Sequence record: OR620964.1
Reading direction: 5' to 3' (one strand)
DNA length: 64,000 nucleotides
Both the position numbers and the translations under genes were made by a program. Below are positions 40,343 through 49,921 of the stretch, piece by piece. How positions within the stretch are numbered: position 1 is the first letter of the stretch; each line of letters begins with the position of its first letter. The notes beneath the pieces are model-generated. The model did not search any database. It had not been told where the DNA came from and saw only the letters and a program-made list of their open reading frames with translations.

Positions 40343-40864
40343 ATGACTAAGAAAATCGTATCTGGCCTGAACAAAGAAGCACGGGCATTAGGCAAAAGCG
40401 AAGCAGCACTGGTTAAAACCGCAGAAGCACTGACCAAGCAAGCAGCAGACCTGGCCGCTCGTCGCGAAGGCATCGAAGCGCAAGCAGCACAGTTAAGTGG
40501 CGAAGCTGCTCCAGCAAAAGCTAAAGGCGGCAAAGCTGCTAAAGCTGAAAAAGTAGCTAAGCCTGCTAAAGCTGAGAAGAAAGCTAAAGCTGAGAAAGTT
40601 GAAAAGTCTGGCAAGAAAGCTAAAGCTGAAAAACCTGCTAAGGCAGAAAAGTCTGGCAAGAAAGCTAAAGCTGAAAAACCTGCTAAGGCAGAAAAGTCTG
40701 GCAAGAAAGCTAAAGCTGAAAAAGCTGCCAAGCCGTCTAAAGCAGACAAAGCCGAGAAAGCTGGTAAAAAGTCAAAGAAAGATAAACCTGCTAAAGCTGA
40801 CAAAGCAGCCAAAGGCAGCAAGAAAAATAAATCTTCCGATGACGAATTCGAATTTGACGTATAA
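40343..40864 (+). CDS. histone H1 / AlgP-like K/A/P-rich DNA-binding protein
   Basis: GGAG RBS; N-terminal coiled coil, KAEKPAK repeats, acidic tip SDDEFEFDV. Confidence 0.75.
   Translation: MTKKIVSGLNKEARALGKSEAALVKTAEALTKQAADLAARREGIEAQAAQLSGEAAPAKAKGGKAAKAEKVAKPAKAEKKAKAEKVEKSGKKAKAEKPAKAEKSGKKAKAEKPAKAEKSGKKAKAEKAAKPSKADKAEKAGKKSKKDKPAKADKAAKGSKKNKSSDDEFEFDV
40601..40723 (+). repeat. 45-bp perfect coding tandem repeat (about 2.7 copies)
   Basis: Unit GAAAAGTCTGGCAAGAAAGCTAAAGCTGAAAAACCTGCTAAGGCA starts at 40601, 40646 and 40691. Confidence 0.9.
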
Positions 40865-40906
40865 CAACTGATCTGCGCTGGACTTGTCCTAGCGACTTAT
40901 AAAACG

Positions 40907-40939
40907 AAAAGGGCTGGCCATCATGTGCTAGCCCTTTTT
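40907..40939 (+). terminator. intrinsic terminator
   Basis: AAAAGGGCTGGC...GCTAGCCCTTTTT. Confidence 0.85.
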
Positions 40940-40970
40940 GCATTCTACTGCGCAATTTTAAGGTCATTGT

Positions 40971-41381
40971 ATGAAGCAAGAATTAGCTACCGAGAATCCT
41001 AGTATATATCAACTTACATCTATCGCGGCACAGATGTCCGAACGCATTGCCCGTGCAATCTATACGCTTCACTGCGCTGGTGTTATTTCTTCTGCTACTC
41101 TGGTATCTGCAAACCAGTACATAAAAGAGTATGGATACGAAGCTCTGATAGAAGGCACCGTTATCATAAATGATGTTGTCGCTTATGATAAGCCCGCATG
41201 TGTTGCTGCAATATTTACTATTGCCACAGAGCAGGTAACACGCAAGCATATCACCTCTACTATTTGGCAAGAGATAGGCACTGAGAAACTTATTGATGTT
41301 CTCGCCGCAGGAATAGTAAGTGATATTGGTAGAGGCGTGGCGATATCTCATAAAGATGGAGGTAAGTGTGACCATTGCTGA
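40971..41381 (+). CDS. hypothetical protein
   Basis: AAGG RBS. Confidence 0.65.
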   Translation: MKQELATENPSIYQLTSIAAQMSERIARAIYTLHCAGVISSATLVSANQYIKEYGYEALIEGTVIINDVVAYDKPACVAAIFTIATEQVTRKHITSTIWQEIGTEKLIDVLAAGIVSDIGRGVAISHKDGGKCDHC

Positions 41382-41688
41382 GACTTATAAAATATATACC
41401 GATGCACTAGATACTTTGTGTAATGCTGTGTTCTGTGTTACTCGTCTATCTGATCGCTATCTGACAATGACCTACTTTGATAAAGCAATGCAGTCACTTG
41501 AGATCAAGGTATTGGACTTCAACTCTGCACCTGTTGATATCATATCAAGGCTAACAGCCGATGAATTGATAGCATTCGGTACGATGCAGAAAGCACTCAA
41601 CCAATGGCTTGATGATGATATGCGTGATCCTTTCCCTATAGAAATGGATGAGGATGCATACGCTATACATAGGGCTAACATCGGATAG
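41368..41688 (+). CDS. hypothetical protein
   Basis: GGAGG RBS before GTG at 41368. Confidence 0.65.
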   Translation: MTIAETYKIYTDALDTLCNAVFCVTRLSDRYLTMTYFDKAMQSLEIKVLDFNSAPVDIISRLTADELIAFGTMQKALNQWLDDDMRDPFPIEMDEDAYAIHRANIG

Positions 41689-41730
41689 GCTGCCCACAGA
41701 TGATAATATCAGGATAGACCAGAGTCCAAC

Positions 41731-41786
41731 TCTGCAAATAAGCGGCTGAACTAGAGCTTCTATTTAGCCTCAATTTCTGATATAAT
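41731..41786 (+). promoter_or_regulatory. sigma70-like promoter with upstream box (topoisomerase operon)
   Basis: TCTGCAAATAAGCGGCTGAA; TTCTAT-17-TATAAT (41781). Confidence 0.8.
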
Positions 41787-41838
41787 AACGACTGAGGGAT
41801 AGCAGGTTACGCTGTCTAGAGTATAACGGAGAACAATA

Positions 41839-43905
41839 ATGGCTGTAGATAAGAAGGTCAAAGTGAAGCCGGAGAAGTCATCGGCGACTAAATCGAAGAA
41901 GCAGAAAGTCGAGAGTCAGGAAGGATTTGAAGTCCTGCTTGGACTCGATGGCCTGAGGGCGAACCCAGGAATGTACCTTGGCCAGCGCGGCGAAGACATG
42001 GCCTATCGGGCAATCAAAGAAGCTGTTGATAACGCATACGACGAACATGTTGCAGGTCGATGTAAAGTAATCGAAGTGATTGTTGATCTGGACACAAGCC
42101 TGAACATAGTGGCGGATAAGGCAGGAGGCATTCCGACTGACATTAAGAAACTGAAAGATGGTACAAAAGAAAGTATCATGACTTCGGCATTCAGCCGTGT
42201 ACACGCCGGCGGTAAGTTTAACAATACTGCATATAAAACATCTGCTGGTACGCACGGTGTTGGTGTTGCTGCATTGAATGCTGTATCAGAACACTTACGC
42301 GTCTGGTCGAACTATAAAGGCAGTTGCGCATTCCAGTCATGGTCACGCGGCGAATTCAAGTCAGGCAAAGATCCTAAGAAGGTTAAAGCAGTAGATAAAG
42401 ATGTTGTTGATTTGCTGACGGAGAAGTCAAGCAAATATGGTACTGTTGTTGCTTGGACACTAGACCAGACTGTTGTTAGTGCTGATGTGATGCGAGGCAA
42501 GAAGCTAGCTAAAGGATTCCGAGTAGCTCGTCCTGAGCCAAAGGCGCTAGCATCATGGCTTAGAAATATGGCGATGCTTAACCCTGGTCTGGAAATACGC
42601 CTGTCATTCATCGCTAAAGGCAAGCGTAAGGACTTCAACTTCCATAACAAGAAAGACTTGGCGTATCTCGTTAAGAAGATGGTTGAAGATCGTGAGCTTG
42701 AGACTAAAGGCAAGCCGTTCGTATTCAAGAACGATAACATTACTTGCGCAATCATCTGGACTAACCATCCAGACATTGATAACTTCCTAACGTTTGTGAA
42801 CACAAGCCCAACAATCGACGGCGGCTTCCATGTCACAGGTTTCCGTGACGCGTTGATGGCTGCGATCAAGCCCTTCCTGAAAGAAAAGAAAGCTGGTAAA
42901 GGCAAGAAGAAAGCGAAGCAAGGATTCACTGCAAACGATTTGCTTATCGGCCTGACAGGTATGTTCGACTGGCGTATGCACGGCGCGCAATACACGTCAC
43001 AGGTTAAAGACAAGCTGGCGTCTCGCGTTGAGAAAGAAGTCTATGACATGATCTTCCCGCAGTTGGAGAAGTATTTCAAAGATAACAAGTCCGTTGCAAC
43101 GATGATCATCAAACGTGCCGAAGCAATGACTAAGGGGCGTGAAGAACTATCTGCTGTTGTTAAGTCTATGGCGGATACGAAGAAGAAAGTGAAAGGTAAC
43201 TCACTGCCTGACTTCTTGGCAGCAAGTCCTGATTGCAAACCTCATGAACGCGAACTTATGGTGGTTGAGGGCGATAGTGCGGGTGGAACCGCTGGAGCTG
43301 CGCGTGATACTGATTATCAGGAAGTAATGAAAGCAGGTGGTAAGCCGCTTAACTGCCTGAAAGCAAGTCTTGCTGATGTGCTCAAGCATAAAGAAGTTCA
43401 AGGCCTTCTGGTAAGTATCGGCGCTGACCTGAAATCACTTGATCCGAAAGCTGAGAATCCTACGCTGAGTACGAAGAATCTCCGTGTGGGCAACGTGTTG
43501 TTCCTAGCAGATGCTGATGCGGATGGCTCGCATATCAACGTGTTGTTCCTTTCTGTTATCTATCGCTTGCTGCCTGACTTGATGAAAGAAGGTCGTGTGT
43601 GGGTAGTTAACGCAACGTTGTTCAACGTCATGCACAACGGACAGCACTACGGCGGAATGACTTATGAAGAGTGCAGAGCAATAGCACCGAAGACAGTCAG
43701 AGATAACGAGATCGTTCGTGCGAAAGGTTGGGGAGAGATTAACAGCGACATGATGGAAGCTATCGCGTTCAATCCAAACACAAGACGCCTGATTCGTATC
43801 AATCCATTTGCTAATAGTGAGCAGGAGCGTTTCTTCCGCGGTGTTGTCGCAGATGATGCCGTTCACCGTCGTCGTTTACTTGGACTCGAAGAGGCAGAGG
43901 CATAA
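41839..43905 (+). CDS. gyrB: type IIA topoisomerase ATPase/TOPRIM subunit (GyrB/ParE-like)
   Basis: PGMYLG, EAVDNAYDE, HAGGKF, GTHGVG, VEGDSAGG, DADADGSHI. Confidence 0.95.
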   Translation: MAVDKKVKVKPEKSSATKSKKQKVESQEGFEVLLGLDGLRANPGMYLGQRGEDMAYRAIKEAVDNAYDEHVAGRCKVIEVIVDLDTSLNIVADKAGGIPTDIKKLKDGTKESIMTSAFSRVHAGGKFNNTAYKTSAGTHGVGVAALNAVSEHLRVWSNYKGSCAFQSWSRGEFKSGKDPKKVKAVDKDVVDLLTEKSSKYGTVVAWTLDQTVVSADVMRGKKLAKGFRVARPEPKALASWLRNMAMLNPGLEIRLSFIAKGKRKDFNFHNKKDLAYLVKKMVEDRELETKGKPFVFKNDNITCAIIWTNHPDIDNFLTFVNTSPTIDGGFHVTGFRDALMAAIKPFLKEKKAGKGKKKAKQGFTANDLLIGLTGMFDWRMHGAQYTSQVKDKLASRVEKEVYDMIFPQLEKYFKDNKSVATMIIKRAEAMTKGREELSAVVKSMADTKKKVKGNSLPDFLAASPDCKPHERELMVVEGDSAGGTAGAARDTDYQEVMKAGGKPLNCLKASLADVLKHKEVQGLLVSIGADLKSLDPKAENPTLSTKNLRVGNVLFLADADADGSHINVLFLSVIYRLLPDLMKEGRVWVVNATLFNVMHNGQHYGGMTYEECRAIAPKTVRDNEIVRAKGWGEINSDMMEAIAFNPNTRRLIRINPFANSEQERFFRGVVADDAVHRRRLLGLEEAEA

Positions 43906-43907
43906 TC

Positions 43908-45602
43908 ATGGCCGTTGAAAAGAAAGTAAAGGCAAAAGCTAAGCCTGAGAAAGTGAAAGCAGTTAAAGCAAAAGCTAAGCCTGAGAAAGTTAAGTCAGGT
44001 ACGCAAGTAATTGCTCTGTCTGATATGCAAAAGGTTGCCAACAAGAAGAACAAGAGCGCTGCCTCTGCTGGTGTTATAACTGAGCATGTTACTTCGATGT
44101 ATCCGTTGCGTGGTCAGAACGAGAAGAACATTGAAGACCTAGGATTATCTACTTACACTGAGACGGCACTCCAGACGTATGGATCTTACGTCGTTGAAGA
44201 ACGTGCTATTGCCGACTTCCGTGATGGACTCAAGCCTGTGCATCGAGCCATCCTATGGTCAATGGATGGTCTGAGCTTACGTAGCGGTGCAGCGTTTAAG
44301 AAGTCTGCGCGTACAGTAGGTGACACGATTGGTCAGTATCATCCACACGGCGATACCGCTGCGTATGGTGCAATGGTAACGATTGCGAACACGATGCCTC
44401 CTGCTGTTGCTGGTCAAGGGAACTGGGGAACGCCAGTTGATATGGCAGCGGCATATCGTTATACAGAAAGTCGTATGAGTAAGTTTACTGACTTGTTCCT
44501 GCTTGATAGTCAGTATCTAGATGTTGTTGATTACGTCTCTAACTTCTCGAACGACAAGAAGATTCCGATTCATCTTCCAGCACTACTGCCGTTCATGCTG
44601 TTCAATGGATCAGTACCTGCACCTGCGTACGGCGTGAAGTGTGGTAACCCTACATTCAGCTTCCGCTCTGTCAGTAAGATAGTTATTGATATGCTTAACG
44701 GCGCTGAGTACGGTGCTAAGAAGCTGGCTAAGACACTTAAGATTCTGCATGAGTATGGATGCGAAACTCTTATGTCTGAATCTGACATGGTTGATTTCAT
44801 GGCTACTGGCCGTGGCAAAGTTGCGTATCAACCTTTGATGGATATCGATCTCAAGAAGAAGACGATTCACATCAAGTCATATGTGCCTAATGGATTCGCC
44901 AATACGCTTGCTGTATCGAAGACTCTCGAAAAGCTGAGTCAGATATCTGGCGTAGGATCGACTGCATCTAAGTCAGGTAAGCGTAATCCGAATGCTGGAG
45001 AATATGGCGCTGCATATGAAGTGCGCTGTAAGGGAGCAGGTGAAGATAGATTCTATGATATAGCACAGCAGGTGCAGAAAGAAGTTACCAAGAGCGTGAA
45101 CTATACGCTGGGTATTTCTATTCGTCACCCGGAGAAGAAGAATGCGTTCCGTTACTTGTCCTATGTTCAATTCTTCAAAGGCTGGATTGCTTACCGCATC
45201 AAGCTCGAACTGAAATTAATTCACAGCCTGATAGTTAAAGCTGAGAAAGAACTTCACTTAAATGAGGTATATCTGTTCGCAGTTGATAATATGAAACAAC
45301 TGCTTGCTGTATTGCCTAAAGTTCTCGTATCAGATGACCCTGATAAAACTCTTGCTAAGGCGCTCAAGATGCCGCAAGAAGATGCGAAGATTATTCTCGA
45401 TAGACAAGTTCGTAAGTTGGCTAAGTTGGAACGTGCATTACTTGTGGAGAAGATCAACAAGTTGAAAGCTGAGATTAAGAGTCTGAATAAAGACCTGAAA
45501 GCACCTGGCGCCAGAGCTGCGGCTGATACAGAACAACGTGTCAAGAAGTACCTGAAATCACCAGATAAGCATAGCTATTCGCAGAAGCCGATTGTAATAT
45601 AA
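43908..45602 (+). CDS. gyrA: type IIA topoisomerase breakage-reunion subunit (GyrA/ParC-like) without a beta-pinwheel CTD
   Basis: DGLKPVHR, YHPHGD, GQGNWG, AAYRYTE (catalytic Tyr); 564 aa. Confidence 0.95.
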   Translation: MAVEKKVKAKAKPEKVKAVKAKAKPEKVKSGTQVIALSDMQKVANKKNKSAASAGVITEHVTSMYPLRGQNEKNIEDLGLSTYTETALQTYGSYVVEERAIADFRDGLKPVHRAILWSMDGLSLRSGAAFKKSARTVGDTIGQYHPHGDTAAYGAMVTIANTMPPAVAGQGNWGTPVDMAAAYRYTESRMSKFTDLFLLDSQYLDVVDYVSNFSNDKKIPIHLPALLPFMLFNGSVPAPAYGVKCGNPTFSFRSVSKIVIDMLNGAEYGAKKLAKTLKILHEYGCETLMSESDMVDFMATGRGKVAYQPLMDIDLKKKTIHIKSYVPNGFANTLAVSKTLEKLSQISGVGSTASKSGKRNPNAGEYGAAYEVRCKGAGEDRFYDIAQQVQKEVTKSVNYTLGISIRHPEKKNAFRYLSYVQFFKGWIAYRIKLELKLIHSLIVKAEKELHLNEVYLFAVDNMKQLLAVLPKVLVSDDPDKTLAKALKMPQEDAKIILDRQVRKLAKLERALLVEKINKLKAEIKSLNKDLKAPGARAAADTEQRVKKYLKSPDKHSYSQKPIVI

Positions 45603-45620
45603 ATCTGTAAATACTGTATG

Positions 45621-45675
45621 TCAGCAAATATGTGGCTGAATGACGGTTGCTAATAATCGTCATTTTTGCTATAAT
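45621..45675 (+). promoter_or_regulatory. sigma70-like promoter with upstream box
   Basis: TCAGCAAATATGTGGCTGAAT; TTGCTA-17-TATAAT (45670); inverted repeat AATGACG...CGTCATT. Confidence 0.8.
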
Positions 45676-45853
45676 GATCATGTGATATTCCTCACAGGGA
45701 GATATGCCTATAGCTGAATTACAACTACATATCCAATTGAGTAACTAGCATTTACTATATGCGTTATTTGTTAATCCTAATTTTGGATTGTAACAAGACG
45801 CTTAGGGCTAAGAAAGGCCCTCACTCGTATAGAGATAAGTTTGGGAATAATTA

Positions 45854-47068
45854 ATGAACAATATTATAATCAATCTGAAAGCCAGTGTACTGCCTGTTCA
45901 GTCCGGCCTCGAAATGTTGCGTCAAGGAAAGACATTAAACCGAAAGGCTGTTGTAGAAGCGCTAACTAGACCAAGCATAGAGCTTGACCCAATCTTGATC
46001 GGAATTAAAACAAACGTCTATAAATCTTATCCAGAAATTCTTGAGTTGAAGTCTAATCTCAAGGCTCTGGCAAAGACCTGCCTATCGTTATCAATTGCCG
46101 TGACTGAAAAGAAAATCAAGCCACAGCAATTGATGATCCAACTCGATACCGTATGTGCTGAGTTTGAGTCTGAGGTCAAACGTGTAGATAGCATCCTCAA
46201 CTATCTGCAACCTGATAAAGTGATTGCCACTAACTCTACTGATCTTGTGGAAGAAGTGGACTCGAAGCAATCACGCAAAGACCAACGCGAAGATGCCGCA
46301 ACTGCCAAGACTGGTAAAGTTTTGGAGCAGATGCGATCTCGTTATGCGCATAAGGTGCCTAAGAAGCTATCGGCCTTGGTACAGTTCGTCGAACTGCCCA
46401 TCATGGCGCGCTTCAAAACTTTCTCTATGAATGCTGAATCTCTTAGCAAGATGGGCTTCAAGGTACATGCCGCTGGCTTACATTCAACGCCTAGCTCTGA
46501 CCTTGGGATTATCATCGAGCACCAGTTGTTGTTATTCTTCCGCAAGTCTGATGCACGTAACTGTGCTGAGGAAGCAGCGAAGATTGCTAAGGAATCCGAT
46601 GGCGTTCTGATGCATAGAAAGCAATTGCAGAAAGACCGCAATGCTCATCGTCGTGAAATCAAAGCGCTACAGCTTTTGCTTGATTCCACAAAGTCAGAAA
46701 AGAGAAAGGCGTTGCTACAGGAGCAAATAGCATCTGAGCAGGCACGAATTGATACGATCACTACGACGCTGGATAATCGTATTGACTCGTTTAAGCAGGC
46801 AACATCTGTAGGCAGAGTACGTCGCCAGATGAAAGTATCGAATGATCATGCAATCCTAGATTACATAAATCCAATCCTCGATTCAATTAATTCAAAGTCC
46901 AGTTCTGACTACGGTCTGTTCACGACAATGCCACTTAATGGTGTTATGTCCGACTCCGATGTGTGTGCAGTATGGCTAATGCCTACATCTGCAATTCGTC
47001 TGTTGATGAATCACACAGGGGGCGACCAGAAACTCCAAACATGGTTCTTACCTTGGACTAATGGCTAA
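45854..47068 (+). CDS. hypothetical coiled-coil protein
   Basis: 404-aa ORF. Confidence 0.8.
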   Translation: MNNIIINLKASVLPVQSGLEMLRQGKTLNRKAVVEALTRPSIELDPILIGIKTNVYKSYPEILELKSNLKALAKTCLSLSIAVTEKKIKPQQLMIQLDTVCAEFESEVKRVDSILNYLQPDKVIATNSTDLVEEVDSKQSRKDQREDAATAKTGKVLEQMRSRYAHKVPKKLSALVQFVELPIMARFKTFSMNAESLSKMGFKVHAAGLHSTPSSDLGIIIEHQLLLFFRKSDARNCAEEAAKIAKESDGVLMHRKQLQKDRNAHRREIKALQLLLDSTKSEKRKALLQEQIASEQARIDTITTTLDNRIDSFKQATSVGRVRRQMKVSNDHAILDYINPILDSINSKSSSDYGLFTTMPLNGVMSDSDVCAVWLMPTSAIRLLMNHTGGDQKLQTWFLPWTNG

Positions 47069-47603
47069 CGAGAACAGGTTACCAGCAGAGACACAGGGTG
47101 ATTTAGTCCGGTGCTGCATTTGTAAGAAACTTACACGTAGCATTCACTGGCATCATACTGTTCCTCGCTCCTTGGGTGGAGAGCACAGCCTCCAAATCCC
47201 AATAGATGGTGACTGCCACACGACTCTACATGCGAAGTCCGAAGCAGTTGTAGGGCGTTTGAATGGCAAACGTAAGAAGCCTGTTGGTGAGTTTTGGGCA
47301 GATGTATACTCCGAACAAGCAGCAGAGCCCTGGCTGCGTATCCTTGTGGACGCGATGTTAAACCCACCCGTAGATGCTTCACAGAAGACAATACTTCTGC
47401 CCTCGATTAGTGTGGACGTGACTACAAGGCATGCGCTCGAATTATTGAAACGCGATACACCTGGCATAACATCTATGTCACAGGTGCTTCGATATTGCGT
47501 TGATACAGTATTAAAACAACGAGGATTAAAAGATGACCGTACGCAAACAACTCCGAACACTGGACGTAAAAGCACTGGTAAAAAGCGAACTAGCCTGTGG
47601 TGA
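47061..47603 (+). CDS. HNH endonuclease-like protein with a C-terminal RHH-like segment
   Basis: CCIC...HWHHTVPRSLGG...DCHTTLH; ISVDVTTRHALELLK...SMSQVLRYCV. Confidence 0.7.
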   Translation: MANENRLPAETQGDLVRCCICKKLTRSIHWHHTVPRSLGGEHSLQIPIDGDCHTTLHAKSEAVVGRLNGKRKKPVGEFWADVYSEQAAEPWLRILVDAMLNPPVDASQKTILLPSISVDVTTRHALELLKRDTPGITSMSQVLRYCVDTVLKQRGLKDDRTQTTPNTGRKSTGKKRTSLW

Positions 47604-48399
47604 TTGCCGTGGACTTACCCGTGATGCCTTGCTTCCCAGTGCTGAGAAACCTTGCAATACTCAAGGAGTTTTAGATAGTTCTAAAATCTGCAACCACTTT
47701 CGTGCGGATAGTTTTTCGCTGAAAGAAGTGATGCAGGAGCACGGTAATGAACTTGTTGGTCTGTTCAAAACATTTGCTTCCTTTAGTGATAAAGATTTGC
47801 GTGTCATTGCCAGTATGCTGTTATCTGAGTCACGTACTCGTCGTCAAGGTGCTAAGATGGGCGATCCTATCTTTGTTCGCTACCGTGGGCGTGAGACGCG
47901 TAACTACATTAACAACTTCATGGCCTGTCGTATTCTGGATGTTACTGAACAAGAGATTCGTTGTGTCTCTGAGGATGGTCAGATTGTACTGACTTATCCG
48001 AATAATGGTTTTACTGGCCCGTCTGTGTATAGCAAGGCAGACTTCCGTAAACTTCATAAAAAGATGAAAGCTGAAAACAAGCTCATCGACCCTGAAAAAG
48101 AAATCAAAACTGCCCGTCGTAATCTGCCTGATGAAGCTAATATTAGTTTCAGCGCACCGAGTTCTCTTGATGGCTTCTCTGTTCCTCGCATGGGCGATGT
48201 CGTCCGCGGGAAAGGAGCGAAGCGCAAGAAGACAAAGACTCACACTCTGATGGATATCGTATCGATGATTGATGCTGGTCATGATATGGGTAGCAACATG
48301 GATGAAGCTGGCGTTACTGAACTTAGCTCTGATAAATATCATTCTAGGATCAAACGTAGCAAGAGTGGCGCAATCGAATTGTCTGACTTGGCGGATTAA
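47533..48399 (+). CDS. hypothetical protein with an N-terminal Cys cluster
   Basis: CGDC...C...CNHF pattern. Confidence 0.75.
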   Translation: MTVRKQLRTLDVKALVKSELACGDCRGLTRDALLPSAEKPCNTQGVLDSSKICNHFRADSFSLKEVMQEHGNELVGLFKTFASFSDKDLRVIASMLLSESRTRRQGAKMGDPIFVRYRGRETRNYINNFMACRILDVTEQEIRCVSEDGQIVLTYPNNGFTGPSVYSKADFRKLHKKMKAENKLIDPEKEIKTARRNLPDEANISFSAPSSLDGFSVPRMGDVVRGKGAKRKKTKTHTLMDIVSMIDAGHDMGSNMDEAGVTELSSDKYHSRIKRSKSGAIELSDLAD

Positions 48400-48405
48400 T
48401 ATTAA

Positions 48406-49545
48406 ATGACTAACGTAGATAACGACCTACCTCTGGATATTTTTATTGCACGTAAACTAAATCTTAAACCAAAGACGGAGCAATTTATTAAAGCGTATGC
48501 AGCAACGGTGAAATACTTAGCGAGTGGCTATAAGTCCTTTCCTAAGTATCATACAGACCTGCAATCATGCGTGGACTTTTCTCAATTGGAATTTAGCGCT
48601 GCTGATTTTCGTTTGCAGTTAGGCAGCATATGTCGTTACACACTCAAAATGCGTTTCTTCGCCCTTGCAGTATCAATGCACAAGGATACAACAAATATTA
48701 TTGGGAAGTATGCAGCATACGGCCTTTCTAAGCAGGAGGCTGTTCTTGCATGGAACCATTTGTTAAAGATTGAAGCAAACAGAAAGACAATTCGTAACTC
48801 TGCTAAGATAAAACACAAGAGTTTAAAGCTCTCAATGGTTAGTCCAAAGGAAATGCACTTACGCCTTGAGCAGACCAATGTGTTGTTTGCAGAACTATAT
48901 AATAATGCTCGTCGCCGTGTTCGTAAACTAATGCGTTGGGTATGTACAGCGCATAACACAACGATTGAAGACCTTACGTGTGACTTGATGTGTAAGGTAC
49001 TACAATCTTATTATCAATCGCTTCCTAATCTGTTTTCGCTAGAGCACCAGCTCAACTACTTACGTGCGACTGTGGAGAATCGCATCCGTAATATGAACAA
49101 CTACTATGCGGCAGGTAAGAGACGTCGTATGGAGAAAGTTGGCGAAGACCGATATGAGATTATCGTTATGTCCGATAACCAATTGCAGAAAGCATTTGGT
49201 ACTGATGATAACGAAGTAAACTATGAGTCAATGCTTGGCGAAGATGCCCGTGTGCATACCGAGCAGATGGAAAATAATCTGACAATAAGTAAGCTCCTCG
49301 AAGAAACAGCAGGCTCGAAACGGTACAAGCTATATGCAACTGTGCTAGGTCGAGATTGTGCAGACTTTACCGAATGGCTAAGATCAAATGATATGATGAA
49401 AGACACAATGACGTGCGGCACTGAGTGGCTCATGGCTAAGTCACCTTCTCATATACGTCGTGCTCTTGCCAAGTGGTTAAATGTCAGTGTCAGTTCTGTA
49501 AATTCAGGATTAGACAGTCTTCAAAGCGCTCTACAAACTGCGTGA
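48406..49545 (+). CDS. hypothetical protein, possibly sigma-factor-like
   Basis: DLTCDLMCKVLQSY...NYLRATVENRIRN loosely resembles sigma region 2; weak. Confidence 0.35.
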   Translation: MTNVDNDLPLDIFIARKLNLKPKTEQFIKAYAATVKYLASGYKSFPKYHTDLQSCVDFSQLEFSAADFRLQLGSICRYTLKMRFFALAVSMHKDTTNIIGKYAAYGLSKQEAVLAWNHLLKIEANRKTIRNSAKIKHKSLKLSMVSPKEMHLRLEQTNVLFAELYNNARRRVRKLMRWVCTAHNTTIEDLTCDLMCKVLQSYYQSLPNLFSLEHQLNYLRATVENRIRNMNNYYAAGKRRRMEKVGEDRYEIIVMSDNQLQKAFGTDDNEVNYESMLGEDARVHTEQMENNLTISKLLEETAGSKRYKLYATVLGRDCADFTEWLRSNDMMKDTMTCGTEWLMAKSPSHIRRALAKWLNVSVSSVNSGLDSLQSALQTA

Positions 49546-49557
49546 GGAATAATTAAA

Positions 49558-49914
49558 GTGATTGACTCCGAATTAGAAAAATCTGCCCTTGTCTTATTTG
49601 CTCGATCTAGTGCCGACGTAGATTATAAACGTGCCGTATGCTACGTGATGTACAAGACGCTGGAGAAGTCCAAATCAGCAAGACAAACGCGCAGCATCAT
49701 TAATGATGTTGCTATTCACTACTCGTTGAATCGTGAAGACCTACGATCAGCAATCAGTGTATTGAAGTCACCATACGCGTTCAATGCATTGCGTTTGTGG
49801 TTAGCACCTGATAAAGAAAACCAACTATGCCAGTTGCAGCCGACGCCTGAATCATCGGCTTGGATTAGCGAACTTGAAACGGCGTATCCTCACCTCAGTC
49901 TTATGATCCAGTGA
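49558..49914 (+). CDS. hypothetical protein
   Basis: GAGGA RBS, GTG start. Confidence 0.65.
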   Translation: MIDSELEKSALVLFARSSADVDYKRAVCYVMYKTLEKSKSARQTRSIINDVAIHYSLNREDLRSAISVLKSPYAFNALRLWLAPDKENQLCQLQPTPESSAWISELETAYPHLSLMIQ

Positions 49915-49921
49915 GGAAATA

